From Cladosporium halotolerans (Eukaryota): a stretch of 64,000 nt of DNA. Both the position numbers and the translations under genes were made by a program. The stretch spans positions 372,001 to 436,000 of the forward strand of contig NW_027191458.1 of assembly GCF_011745625.1 (NCBI RefSeq), written 5' to 3'. The notes beneath the pieces were generated by a model, which was not told the origin of the DNA, ran no database searches, and saw only the letters and a list, made by a program, of their open reading frames with translations. Below are positions 9,733 to 27,698 of the stretch, in pieces; position 1 is the first letter of the stretch, and the number at the start of each line of letters is the position of its first letter.

Positions 9733-12700
9733 TGTGTTGTAGCTGGCGGATGTTGATATAGGCTTGGTAGATCGTGGTGTGTTGGTGATTGTGATGTCTC
9801 GTCGTAGTATTGCTAACAATCAGAGTTGTTCGGTTGAGTGATGAAAGTCGAGAGGGTTTTCTCGAGGACCAAGTCATTCTTATACCTGCGACCCGGGCGG
9901 TCGCCCGGATGAGAGGGCGCATTTTAGGAAGGGCGACTCGCGAGGGCGTTGTGCCCAAGCAGGGCGTTGTCACAAGCGCGCTCTTCGACTAGATCCAGGG
10001 CGTGGAGCACAAGCTTGAAATGAACATCGAACCATCGTCACATCATTGTGATAGTATCCAGCCTCATGTAACGACAACTCTCCGGATACACCGCACATGG
10101 CATCCACTTTTTCGCGTTGCGCGTGATTATATCAAAGGAGATCACCGTGGGAGGGTCGGTGTGCTCCGGACAATCCGGTCCTGGTGAGGCGTTGTTGCTG
10201 CACGCTGCGGAATCAGTCGTAAAGTGCATGCCCAATCGTGAACGACCAGCTGCTCTAGCTCTGGCGAGGGAACGAAAGAAAGACGAGCTTGTTTTCGTGG
10301 CACGCGGAACTGAAAGCAGAGGAAGGGGAGCGTTGGTGTCACAACATTGTTCGACGATAGTTCAGCAGGATTTCGCCAGGGGTCCGTCCGAGATGCTGCA
10401 GGCTGCGTTGAGCAAGCTGTTTGCGATAGCACAGATCATGCGAAACAGGCCTAATCAGAGTGAGATCGACAGCATTGGCGAGCCATTACGAAGCGCACGT
10501 GCAGTTGCTCTGCTGACGAGCATCTTCTGACTGATTCCTTCGATTGCTTCTCGAGGATCCGTCCCATGGGAGCAAGGATAGCCTGGGCTTCCACGCGGGT
10601 ACAAGCATCGGGTCGGGAAGTCGCCGAATGGGCGTGCATGCGCGCACGACCTTAACTCAACTTCGCGGAGGCGCTCAATTTCGCCAGTCGGCGACGGATT
10701 GAGTCTTCCAGAAGCACGCAGAATGCGCGTAATTAAGCCTCTTCGCGCACGTGTGCGCCTCAACCAAGCGGCGAGAGTGGCAAAACAGCCAATGTCCACA
10801 TGGCCTCGTGCTCGGAAGTCGGATGGGCATTGCCAAGGTCTTGTTAACGATGTTACCTACTTCACTCGTCAAAACAGACCCTGCATCAGACCATGTGGTG
10901 TGGCCACACGAAGCAAGAAATCCTGCGGCTGTGTGCAGGCCCCAGATGCTCATTTGACGCCACGGTCCAGGAACATGCCCTACTGACTGCCATGCTGGTC
11001 TCAGAGTCTGACATTTTGCCATGTGTGGGCGTCGTCCATGGCGCCGGTGGCGGCCATTGATCTCCTAGGATAGGACGAGGTAACGAGGTAAGCGAGCCGG
11101 CTCGCGAAGTATGGGTCGGCTATCAACGTGGGCGCCGGCTTTTTGACAGACGCTGACACTGCCTCCATGCAGCCACTGCCCTGAATGGCAGTCACGATAG
11201 CAGTCCGCGTCGGGGAACGTTCAGTTCGACGCGAGTGGAACGCGCCTGATCCACTCTTGTGGCTTGGGACTCTCAATCAAGCGATTTTCGTGCTACCTGC
11301 TCGGTTAATCGAGCCCGGGCATGAATGTTGCGAAGTATGTTTTGCTCACGCTTGCCAGAAGCGTAGGGAGTTGCATTCTGACAGCTGCTGCTCGGCTGCT
11401 TCGTGTGACAGTCTAGAAGGATGGCTAATGCCCAACAATGCGGCACTGCTCGTTCCAAGGACGTAATGAGACTGGGCTTGACCTAGCGCAAAGGACAGTC
11501 GTTGCGGCCTGAAGGTTTCCCGTGTTCCACGAGTGGACTCTGCAAGGCTTCAATAGCCGACGAAAGTCGATGTATGAGCCAGATGACGCGCGTAGGGGCA
11601 GTGCTGATGCCTTGTGTTGCTCTTGGGCTTGGACGATGTTTAGTAGGATCAAGAGTCTATGCAAGTGCGGTTTTTGATTTGAAGACATGTTGAGATTGGC
11701 GGCTTTGGCGGAACAATGGCCGATGATTTGCATTCTTTCGAGCTAGGGATTGGAGCAAACATACCCTAGTCTACTCACCTGCTTTGCAAGCACATCAATG
11801 CAAGAAGCTGTTTTAACGCAATAGCTCCAGCACGAAAAGTGTTAGTCGCTTGGAACCTTATGCAGTCCGGCCAAGAGCAGTGCAAGCCCAATGGTGGCTT
11901 GTCGTTGGGTCAGGCGAATACGAAGGTGGATGTTGTGAAGCCAGCGACCTCACCTCATCCCTTTGCCAAGAAAGCGGACGGCCCCGGTGCAAATGGGACC
12001 TGAGGCACCCACATCAACATCTCCGAGACACCAACACTATAACGATTTAGCGAGAGTCAGTATCTGCAGAGTGATCAGTAAACAGATGTCATGCTCGATT
12101 GACCCTTCAATTGGCATCCTCCGTGCTCGAATCAATGCTTCAGACACCTCAATTATGACTATCTCCAGGACATAGTGGGCCTTACACTGGACTTAACGAA
12201 TGGTCCACATCACGAAGCGAATGTGCAACAGTGTGCTCGAGAGACACGAGGCGGACGTCTGTCGATCGGTGCATCATTCTGCTTCGTCGTGGCATTGCCT
12301 GGTGTAGCATAGAACCATCGGTCGCTCCGACACCGCATACCTGCATGAGAACGGAGCCCGGCCCGGCCGCAACACACCTCACGGCGTGCGCGAAGTTTGA
12401 TCCGAGCGAGACGGGATGGCTTGGGTGGCGGCACGCGTGGGTGTGGAGGACTTTCTTTGGAGCATCCCTTTCGCGGTAGAGCACGCGACGCAGGCTTCAT
12501 AGCAGGCATCAGAGCTAATCAGATTGCACGAGGTAGTCGGTGCGCTCGTCCGAATGTTCCTCATCTTCGAGACCGTAGAAGGGCGGTCACTAGAAGCTGG
12601 CTGAGAGGTAAATGGGTCAGGCAAAGCTCATTGTGATTCCCAGGCGAGGAAGACACTTGAATCGCTAGACGTTGGCCGATCTTCGCAATCCTCGTCAGAT

Positions 12701-12965
12701 ACTACTCTGCAGTGAGCCATCGATCAATCGGGCATTTCTGTAGTAGCCTTGCAAACAATCCCCTGAGGGAGAGCCTCAGCTTGTACAACATCCTCCGACG
12801 CACTAAGGTAAGCAGCAGCACCAATAGTGAATGAAGACGAGTTCGTGAAGCAGGCTGTCCGCTCTGAAGAGATCAATTGACTTTTCATACCTATGCATCC
12901 AGTGGTATATCCGTACAAACAGCAACGCCAGGCCAACTCGCAACCAACACACGCCTTAGGCTCCA

Positions 12966-14214
<1,249 letters not shown>

Positions 14215-14339
14215 GGTGGAACAGACGGTCTACTGTTACAAACAAGCAGTGAGATTTAGATGATTGATGAGTAGTTCACGAAGCAAAAACAGTCTCAGCA
14301 GCAGAGAGCTGGAATGCGGCTCAAAATATAGCCCAGGTC

Positions 14340-14365
14340 TGACTCCAATGGGCGCTGGATGACTC
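14340..14365. promoter_or_regulatory. Two TGACTC (Gcn4/CpcA core) motifs upstream of the DAHP synthase
   Basis: TGACTC at 14340-14345 and 14360-14365 in the roughly 320-bp divergent promoter. Confidence 0.5.
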
Positions 14366-14531
14366 CGCCGCGAATCGAAGGGCCCTCAATGGCTGCAGCA
14401 GCCAGGGCCAGGCGCGCCATGACGTGCGCCTGGTGAGGAACGCGCCGACAGAAACGCCGTCTCGTACCTTATCCCATGTGACAGCGGCCCTGCAGATTGG
14501 GCGGACACCAAACACCGCGTGCAACAACACA

Positions 14532-15447
14532 ATGAACGGCCTCGTGGGATATGGCAGCAGCGACGAAGAGGAAGACGACGTCCTCCCAGAGAGACCGGCA
14601 AAGGTAGGCCACTGCTAAGAAATCTCGACTGCGAAGACGCGGATACCTACTAACGATGCGCGCATGCTAGGTAGCGAAGACGAGCGACAATGCGCCAGAC
14701 CGCCTGACCGCACCTCTAAAGAGTACAATCGAACCAAAATCATCCCACCATTGCGACCTACTAACCACTCACCCAGCACCCACCGCCCACCCCAAAGCTT
14801 CAATCGAAACGCAACCCCTCCAAGCGTCAACAATCAACCCATCCGCCGAACCTCAAAACACACCACCGCTACAACAACCCACCGCTCCCACCCAAGAACT
14901 AGCCCCAGGCGCAGCCCCCGGCCCCTCCGCCCTCCCCACCACCTCACACTCCCCAACCGACCCCGCTTTCTCCCCCTACACCTTCACGCGCCAACGCCTA
15001 CGCGACCTCACAATGCCGCCCGTCCCCAACTTCTCCCTCCCCTCCCCGCCCTCCCCACCGCCCCCAAACTCCGAACCCGCCGCCCTCCTCTCGCAAACGA
15101 CGAAACAATTCGAGCGCTTCCTCGCCCTCAAAGCGCAGCACACGCACTTCAACTCCCGGCTCGCGGCCTCTGCCTCGCTGCGGAATCCGAGCTTGCTGCC
15201 GAAGCTGCTGGAATTCGCGGGGATAGAGGGGCTGGAAGCGTGCGAGAGTTCGCTGGCGGAGGGGCTGGGGGTGCCGGTTGAGTGGCCCGGGGCTTGCTTT
15301 GTGGAGGGGTTGGTGGGGGGGAATGAGAGGAGGGAGGGGAGGAGGAGGGAAAGGGAGAGGGGGAGGGGGGTGGAGTTTGTTGCTGCGAAAACGGAGGGGA
15401 AAGATGGGGTGGCGGGTGGGGGGAGGAGGAGCAAGTTTGACACGTGA
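14532..15447 (+). CDS. HCNGP-like / SAP30-binding protein family
   Basis: join(14532..14603,14671..14722,14777..15447) is frame-consistent. N-terminal MNGLVGYGSSDEEE; core TKQFERFLALK..HFNSRLAASASLRNPSLLPKLLEFAGI; C-terminal VEFVAA..RRSKFD. Confidence 0.8.
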
Positions 15448-15606
15448 AGCGAAGGAAGGGAAGGGGGGAGAAGGGACGGCGAGGGAGAGGAATATGTACG
15501 TGCGCATGGTTGGTTGGACCGCATGGGCCGGAGAGATAACAATGTATCATTCACAAAGTTACGGACGCACAATGGCCCGTTCTCGTTCGAAACGTAGCTC
15601 AAGCGC

Positions 15607-17038
<1,432 letters not shown>

Positions 17039-19700
17039 TGTGGAAGTGTGGATGTGGGTAGTATTGGAGATCAATCGAACGACTCCAATGGCAGTTGTAC
17101 AAGTAGTTAACTAGCTTACGTCCCGCCCACCGCGATGCGTCACTCACGCGCGGGCCAAAAAATGTGAGGTGACTGGTCCCTATATCGGCCGCTCGTTGGC
17201 TCGCTTGCCGCGGCCGGCCCGCCGCGTTCCCTCCTCCGCCCGCAGGCGCTCAGGCCCGCGCGCAAGAAAATAAAACTCGCGCGCGGCCGCGCCCTTCTCT
17301 TCCCTTTTCCTTTCTCCATGAACAACGCAAATAACAACACTGCCTTTAAAAGCATTTTCGACTCGAGAGCCGCCTAACAGGTGATGCTCCATGACGACGA
17401 AAACCGTCTGTGCTAGTGGAGAACGACTTTTCAGAGGATCTTGGGTGCCGTCCGCTCCTCGTCTTTTTCGACAATGGAGTGGAGGGCAATGATCAGCTGT
17501 ACAGTCCCTTTTTGTAGCAGCTTTGCTATGTAGTTTTGGCGTCTTGATGATGCTGTGCGTGTACTCCCTGCTTTCGCCGGCGGCGCACGCTTGGCAAATG
17601 TCGCTGGGCAACCGAGTGTCCCGAGCCGTCGAGCGAGCACTTACGAGAAGCTTGTTCTCGACGGCTCGATCTTGTCGTTTGCGGCCCCACGTGGCCAGAA
17701 ACTCAATGCATGTGCTTGAGCAGTGCAGAGGAGAGCCACGCAGAAGTACCGTACTGCGCCATGGGGTCAGGTGTGCAGCCGTGCTGCTTCAAAATACCAT
17801 GGCGCGAAGACAGGAGAAAACGAGCCTGAGGATCACCTTGTACGGGTGTAGGCTATGGACTCTGCAGAGCAGCAGAGTGCACGAGCTGCGTATGCTATTT
17901 GCAAGACATCGTCGAATGGATAAGTGCGTGCATTCACATCGCGCTGTCCGTCACCTCATGTATAGCAGTCACTTGGCATATGACAGCTTCCATGACGATG
18001 TTTTAATCTATGTCTGATTGCGCAGGACGTTTCCTTGTTCTTGAAGAAATGACAAGGACCAGGTCAAGGGACTGCAAGTCGCAAAAGCCGGGTATTTGGT
18101 AGGGCTAGGAGGATTCAGCAGGATCGCAGGCAAGCCTCGAAAGGGAAACAGCCGCGAGCCAGCCATTGGCTCGACTGCTGAGCTCTAGAATTTGAGAAGC
18201 TTCTTCTGAGAGGGATTGACTTTTTGGAAAAACATGGGAATGTGTGTGCCACTGCGAGGCGTCCAGAGCGAGCTTGAAGGCCGGAGAACCGTGAGGCTGA
18301 ATGTCTCAAGCCACCGAACCTTTGGTTAGGCGAAAAAGCGTGAAGATCAAGCAATCCAGCTTCACGCCCATGCTGAAGGCGCTGCTGGGGCGTCTCGCTG
18401 TAGAACACGGACCATTTCAACCAAAAACAGTACAGAAGTAAACAGAAGGAGATCTCCACACCCCGTCGCCACTATTGCTACGCTATGCCGTGGGCTAGTC
18501 CAACAATAGCGGCGCTCAGCCGAGGTGTTCTGGAAGCAGACGCTTGAAGCAAAAGTTCGGCAGCGCCGTTGGGCACCAGACGACGTCTTCGCAGCGCCGG
18601 GAGAGGACGTCACATGGAACGGGAGCGCGCTGTTGCCAGGAATAGGGTGGAGCATGGACATCGATGCTAGTATAACGAACAGAACAACGGTGCAGTCGTA
18701 TTCGGATGCCGGCAGGCGGTGCTCTGGGAGGGCAAACACGAGTCGACTGCGATCGCGGTGACGAAGGTGTTGTGGCTGTTCAGGGCTTGGCGGGCCTGAG
18801 AATAGAATGGCGTGGATGGCTCCGTCGGTTCCTGGCGCTAGGCCGACGGCACGGTTGTCGCCAGCGACGCGCGAGTGGCGCGCTTAGAGGGGTCTGGTCT
18901 CTGTTTGCGGGTGGACGCCCTGCGGTTGACAGCAGGGCGTGCGATGGCTCTGGCTCTGCGGTATGCAAACCGGGCACGCACCCGCAGCCTGCAGGCCCCA
19001 GCGCGGCCGTGGCGAGCGGCGGAAATAGACACGGTGGGCGAATGCCAGGTACTGCACCGTAGGGAGTGGACGACGGGGCGATCAAGAGGCTGCGGACAGC
19101 AGGGATGGCGGGTGCGTCGGCGGCGATCGCTCAGGGCAGCGCCAGCAGTCTCGTGTCGACGTGCGCAGTACTAGGAGTGAATGCTCGGCGGGCTCGCATG
19201 GTGAAACGCGCATGGTTTCGAGGGCGCGGCGGGTCACGTGGATGGCGTCGCGGTAGCTTGGGACAACGGGCGGCGCGGTGGAGTGGCTCGAGTGGACAGG
19301 CTGTTGTTTTGCTGTGGTCTGCGGGCTGCCGCCGGCCGGACCCTGCGTCGTAGCAGCTGCACCACCCTCTGCCCGCGCCGCCAGACACCACCCGACGACT
19401 ACAAGACGAGCCCGCCCGCACCGCTCGCACCCAGCCTTCCTCCCCCATCTGCCCTCCATCCCGCCCGTTCGCTTCCCTTCGCCGTTGCTTGTCTTTCTGC
19501 CAGCGCTCACGACCGCTTACGAATCTTCTATCTGCCGCAAGCCACTCGCTGAGCCTCATCCCACCCACCCCACTCCCCACCGCCGCCCTCCGCCGGGCCT
19601 GCTCCAGACCGCTTGGACCGCCCTGCCGCGCCATTGACCTGCTTCTCCCGCGCCCACCACCCTCTCTCCCTCCCACAAACACACACCACAACCAGCCAAC

Positions 19701-21913
<2,213 letters not shown>

Positions 21914-22554
21914 GATAATGGAGGACGATGGCGGCCGGGCTCAGCTGGTTCTGTGCTGCGGGTAGAAGGGAGAAAAAAGAATCAAAAATTGGGGGAGCGA
22001 GATGGTTCGTGCCACGAATACAGCCTACAGCGAGGGGAGTTGCTTCTGCTTTTTGCTTTTCTGATCTTGTCCTTTTTTTCTTTTTTGGAAAGTAATTGGA
22101 CACCAACTACAACAGCAGAACGTGTTGGTGGGTCCGAGGGGCGTTGATGAAGGCGCTACGCTACGATTGTTCCGGCCAGCTGCGAGCGAGACTACCTTAC
22201 TACAGCGAGATACAGAATGGTTGTCTTTGTCTTTGTCTGTTGTCTTGTATGCGAAATGTGTTCCATTTGGGCTGCTTCTTTTTCATGGTCTTCTCTTTCA
22301 TCCATCGCGCTTGACTCGCGTCCAGACCCAGAGCGACCACCCTTCCCGAATCCCCAACCCCGCCGGACGACAGTCATCCTGCTGCAAACGTACATAAGCA
22401 GGCAAAATCACCCGCCTACCTACCCTCCTCCTACCTTCTTAGCGACCCAACCTCTCCCCAAAACCCACAACCACATCAGCCCAAAGCCGCATGTGCAATA
22501 ATCCAAGTCCCACGCCGCCGTCCCAAAGCCCCCTCCGCCCCAGCAGTCCCCTCA

Positions 22555-23189
22555 ATGCCCGCCCCCCACCACACCCTCCGCCCCGCCACGACCGCCTCCG
22601 CCGACCACCTCCGCCTCCTCTCCTTCACCGACAGCCAGCTCCCCCACCTCCCCCCAGCCCAATGGGGCACCGAGCCGCAACTCCCCTCCCCCGCCCAGCG
22701 CGCCAAATACGCCGCCCTCGTCGCCCGCGCCGAGCGCTCCCTCGCCTGGGGCGCGCCGGGCTGGGCGCGCGCGTACGTGCTCGAAGCAGCGAGCGGCCGC
22801 GCGGTCGCGATGATGGTGCTTGAGGCGCGGGGGGCGGAGTACGCGGAGGGAGTGCTGGGGCGCGAGGGGTTCGTTTATGTCAGGCTGGTGGTGAGGGATC
22901 GCGGGGCGGGGGAGGAGGGGAGGGGGAGTGGGAGGGTGCTGGTGGGGGTTGCGGAGGGGGTTGCGAGGGAGGTGGGGGTGCGGAGGGTTTGTTTGGATGC
23001 GTGGAGGGGTGGTGGGGGTGGGCTTGTTGGGTGAGTTTTTGTTTTTTGGGGGGAAGGGGGGTGATGTTGTTGTTGCTGTGCTGATGTTGTTCACGCAGGT
23101 ATTATGAGGGGCTGGGGTTCAGGTCGCTGGGGGACGTGGAGGATGAGAGTGGGTGGGCGGCGACGGTGTTGGAGAAGCGTGTGGATTGA
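22555..23189 (+). CDS. GNAT-family N-acetyltransferase
   Basis: join(22555..23030,23099..23189); intron GTGAGT..GCTGAT..CAG. Acetyl-CoA motif A (YVRLVVRDR..GRGSGRVLV) and motif B (VCLDAW..LVGYYEGLGF). Confidence 0.75.
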
Positions 23190-24099
23190 GATCATCTGAG
23201 GTATGGGCCTTGGGCTTTGCACCACGATAGATGGATGGTCGTGAGGGCGGAGCGCCCGTTCACCCTGTCCGTGGGAAAGCCGGCAATGATGATATCCATA
23301 CTGGCACCCGTGCAGGAAATGCAGTCTGATCTTTCTCAACCCGAAAGGACACACATTGCTCTTGGTAGAGCCCTTTCATTAAGTGCAACGCGTATGAGCT
23401 CTACGACGAACGGGCAGACTACAGTACGACGCGTCAGAGCTCGTGTCGATGCAAGGAGCTATGGCGACTCCGCAGATTAAGTACCATACGACCCTGTGAT
23501 CTTGTCGCTCTCTGGTATATCTGTCCTTGAATAAAGGGTGCTCTTGGCCGTTGGCACATCTTGCGGCCCGAGGCGCCACCTCCCCGTTGTCACCAAGAAC
23601 ATGCCGGCAGACGAGGTGCCGACAGGCGCGACGCCGTCGTTCTTCATCCTTCACTGCCGCCCGTACATTGACACAGAGCAGGCAAATATACAGAGTGATC
23701 TCTCTAACAGCGACTCACGATGCCACTGTGAGATGCACTCGTATGGAAAACACGATTCCTAATGAACCGTTGAATGACAACCGCCTTCACTTCGCGCGTC
23801 TCCGCGAGAAAGCGCTATAGCGAACCACTGTTAAGAGCCCAGAGTCAACGTACCCCGTGGACACGGTACTCAGAGCATCAAGGGTCCCAACCCGCATCCG
23901 ACCCTCATCTTGTTCTTCATAATGTGGCGCCGTTATGCTCACCGACCGCACCCCACGCGTCTACTGGATCGCAGGCGAGGTATAAGGTGGGCCATCATGT
24001 AACGCCCCCGGGGGCATTATCCACACCCTTCTTTTCCGCTGCACCAGGTGCGTCTCGTTGTAGAGCTCTGATCACTCGTTCGCATCCTCAGTCAACGCA

Positions 24100-25421
24100 A
24101 TGGCAGAAATGGATATCGAAGCTATCGCCGCCCAGCGCTCGACCATCTCTGGCCACGCTTCTCAGACCTCACTCTACGTGGTGACTGTGATCTTCACCGC
24201 CGTCGCGTGCCTGGCCATCCTTGCACGTGTCTTCGCCCGCACCGTCGTCGCTAAGCAGGCTGGAACCGACGATGGCTTCATCTTCATCTCTGGTATCTTC
24301 TCGGTCGCCTTCTGCATCACCACCTACAAACAGACCGAATATGGCATGGGAAAGCACGCTTGGGAGTTCCCGCAACATGACAAGGCGGTTATCGCCATGT
24401 GGTTCTGGGCTTCGGTCTGGACGTACTATGCTGCGTTGGGTTTCACGAAGCTCTCGATTCTGTTGCAGTATCTCCGCATCTTCCCTCAGATCAACTTCAG
24501 GAGACTTTGCTTCGCCATGATCGGGTTCATCGTCTTGTGGAGTTTGTGGACTGTCGTCAGCGCGTTGGTCATGTGCGTTCCGATACATGCTTTCTGGACC
24601 GCGGAGGACTTCTTCAATGATCCGCGCTGCTTGCCGCGTTTGGAGGTGTGGTAAGTTGATTGCTGTGTCGATTGCGGTTCAAGGCCAACCAACTGACCTA
24701 CGCAGGTACGCTAACGCCGCCATAAACATCGTGACAGACTGCATGACGGCGCTCCTCCCCGTCGGTGTAATCAACAGTCTCGACATGCCGCGGCGTCAGA
24801 AGAACCTGCTCCTCGGTGTTTTCGGCATCGGTCTCATGTACGTCCTTGCCGTCTCACGGCTATCGTCACACCTGTTTTCAGACGCTAACACCGCCCAGCA
24901 CCTGCTTCATCTCCATCCTCCGCCTAGTCTACATCTACCCCATGGCCGTCAACCCCGACCAAACCTGGCACTCGCCCCTCCTCTGCATCTGGTCCGCCGT
25001 CGAAATGAACGTCGCCATCCTGTGCTCCTGCGCCCCGACCCTGCGCTGCCTCGTCCAGCGCTTCTGGCCCAAATTCCTCGACTCCCTCGCATCGTCCGGG
25101 CGCCGCTCCGCCCGCGACGACTCTGCCGCCACGGCCGTCGGCTCGGCTTCGAGCCTCTCGAAGACGTCATCCGATAAGTCGGTGGATGTGGCGCGGGTCG
25201 AGGCCGCGCGGGTCGAGGAGCAGCCGGCTGTCGGGATGCTTTCGTTTAGGAGGAGTTTGTTCAAGCCGTTTTCGGGTGGGGCGGTGCTCAGCTTGGCGAC
25301 TTGCTATGGCGGTAAGCCGGATCTTGAGGAGATGGGGGCTCAGAAGAAGGATGATGTTGAGTTGGGCAATGGAATTAAGCCCGAGGGCATTACGAAGACG
25401 ACTGAGTTGGAAATGCACTAG
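24100..25421 (+). CDS. Pth11-like / SAT4-family integral membrane protein (fungal rhodopsin-like domain, no CFEM)
   Basis: join(24100..24650,24706..24837,24899..25421). About 7 hydrophobic segments; motifs ARVFAR..GTDD, YGMGKH, KLSILLQYLRIF, CVPIHAFW, NIVTD..LLP, SILRL, WSAVEMNVAILCSCAPTLR. Confidence 0.88.
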
Positions 25422-26099
25422 CTGGGGTTGAGGGGGCATGAGAGGAGTTTGGTTTGCTGTTTTGGATTGGTCGTTCATGAGATGAATGATGTTTCTTGGT
25501 GCGCCTGCAGATCTATGTGGTCGGCCATAGAAAACAAAGGCCAAATTTGGGGAGCAATCATCCACGTTGCTTGATGTGTTGATGTTGCATTGCGATATAG
25601 ATTTAGAGTAATGTTTATCGTGTTAAGTGGAAGAAACCTGGAGATAGTAATTGCCCGCTGGGTCGTGCTTCAAAGCAACAATTGAGTGTTAGATCCGATC
25701 TTACCAGCCAGGAAACATGACGCCTCATCGATGCGACATGGCTGTCGTCGAAGTGTGCGAGTCAGCTGGTGACACCGCAGTCACGGCAGTGTAGTTGCTG
25801 GCGGCGTGGTCGATCAGCTCGGCGCACCTGCCCCGTTGACGCCAGGCTGCTGTTGCAAGACGTCGAGTGACGACGGCGCCACGGGACAAGCTCGCTCGCC
25901 CAAGCGGCTTCAATCACCAGCCTACCAAACCAACTGTCCCCGTCACACGTTCACCTTCTCATCAAATCTCAACGCCATCCCGATTGCATCCACTGCCTGC
26001 CAGAGATTGTAGCGATCAGCCAAAAGTCAGCGCGCGCCATCGATCGCGTGTGGAAACACATCCCCCAACAGCTACACACTGAAAGACATCGCGGACGAG

Positions 26100-27461
26100 A
26101 TGGCTAGCGACCCGGAGAGAGATCACGCGCTGGAGGAGTACAAAAAGACGCTGCTCGAGTCGAGAGAGTGGGAGGCAAAGCTCAAGGCGCTGCGATTAGA
26201 GATCAAGGGCCTGCAGCATGACTTCGACGTTTCAGAGGACAACATCAAGGCGCTGCAGAGCGTGGGACAGATCATCGGCGAGGTGCTGAAGCAGCTGGAT
26301 GAAGAGCGATGTAAGTTTTGGATACTACATGGGTAAAGATAGGATACATGGATGGAGGCTGACTGTCGTTTAGTCATTGTCAAGGCATCGTCAGGACCGC
26401 GCTATGTCGTCGGCTGCCGCTCGAAGGTCGACAAGGCGAAGCTGAAGCAGGGCACAAGAGTGGCGCTGGACATGACAACGCTCACCATTATGCGCATGCT
26501 GCCTCGTGAGGTCGACCCGCTGGTGTACAACATGTCGCTGGAGGACCCTGGGCAGGTCTCGTTTGGTGGGATTGGTGGCTTGAACGATCAGATCAGAGAG
26601 CTTCGAGAGGTCATCGAGCTGCCTCTGAAGAACCCCGAGCTGTTTATGCGTGTCGGTATCAAGCCTCCAAAGGGTGTACTGCTCTACGGTCCTCCTGGTA
26701 CCGGCAAGACCTTGCTCGCAAGAGCGGTTGCCAGCGGTCTGGAGACGAACTTCCTGAAGGGTAAGCCATACTTTGATTTGTTCCTGGAAGTACGTTCCCC
26801 TTTTGCTAACACAACATAGTCGTCTCCTCCGCCATCGTAGACAAATACATCGGCGAGTCCGCCCGTCTCATCCGCGAAATGTTCGGCTACGCCAAAGAGC
26901 ACGAGCCCTGCATCATCTTCATGGACGAAATCGACGCCATCGGTGGCCGCCGTTTCTCCGAAGGCACATCCGCCGACCGCGAAATCCAGCGTACGCTCAT
27001 GGAGCTCCTCAACCAGCTCGACGGTTTCGACTACCTGGGCAAGACAAAGATTATCATGGCAACCAACCGCCCCGATACCCTCGATCCAGCCCTTCTCAGA
27101 GCCGGTCGCCTGGACAGGAAGATTGAGATCCCGCTGCCTAATGAGGCTGGTAGATTGGAGGTGCTGAAGATCCATGCCGCGAGTGTGCAGAAGGACGGCG
27201 AGATCGACTACGAGTCTGTGGTGAAGATGAGCGATGGCCTGAACGGTGCGGACCTGCGGAACGTCGTCACCGAGGCGGGTCTTTTCGCCATCAAGGACTA
27301 CAGGGACGTTGTCAACCAGGACGACTTCAACAAGGCGGTACGAAAGGTTGCTGAGAGCAAGAAGCTTGAGGGCAAGCTCGAGGTAAGTGGGGTCGCTTGT
27401 GATTGTCCCCGAATGTTGAGGATATTTGCTGACTTGTATTTTGCAGTACGAGAAGTTGTAA
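26100..27461 (+). CDS. RPT4: 26S proteasome AAA-ATPase regulatory subunit Rpt4
   Basis: join(26100..26310,26374..26760,26820..27382,27447..27461). [14 protein letters not shown], Walker A GPPGTGKT, Walker [24 protein letters not shown]; ends LEYEKL. Confidence 0.96.
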
Positions 27462-27698
27462 GGTTGACTCTTGTGTTGCGCTATGGTGTGGAAGAGCGTT
27501 ATACATCGGCGGAAGTGAAAATGTATCATAGAAGCCAACATCAGCTTAATCATGAATGGCGGATTGGCGCCGCCGTACTGATATTGAACGTCATACCACG
27601 CACGTCTTCGTCTCATAATTAAGCGTGGCTTGAAGCCTAAAGACGTGATATTACAGTCCATTCTATCGTTGCTCTGAAGGCCGTCGAATATTAGACCA

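Noticed and set aside
22555..23189. GNAT next to GFA1 as GNA1 (glucosamine-6-phosphate acetyltransferase), forming a hexosamine cluster
   Set aside because: Lacks recognisable GNA1 features (E.KF.H, GHIED, GCYK..LDC); adjacency alone is insufficient.
25700..26100. Rpn4/PACE element upstream of RPT4
   Set aside because: No GGTGGCAAA match seen; only a weak GTGGCG-like similarity.
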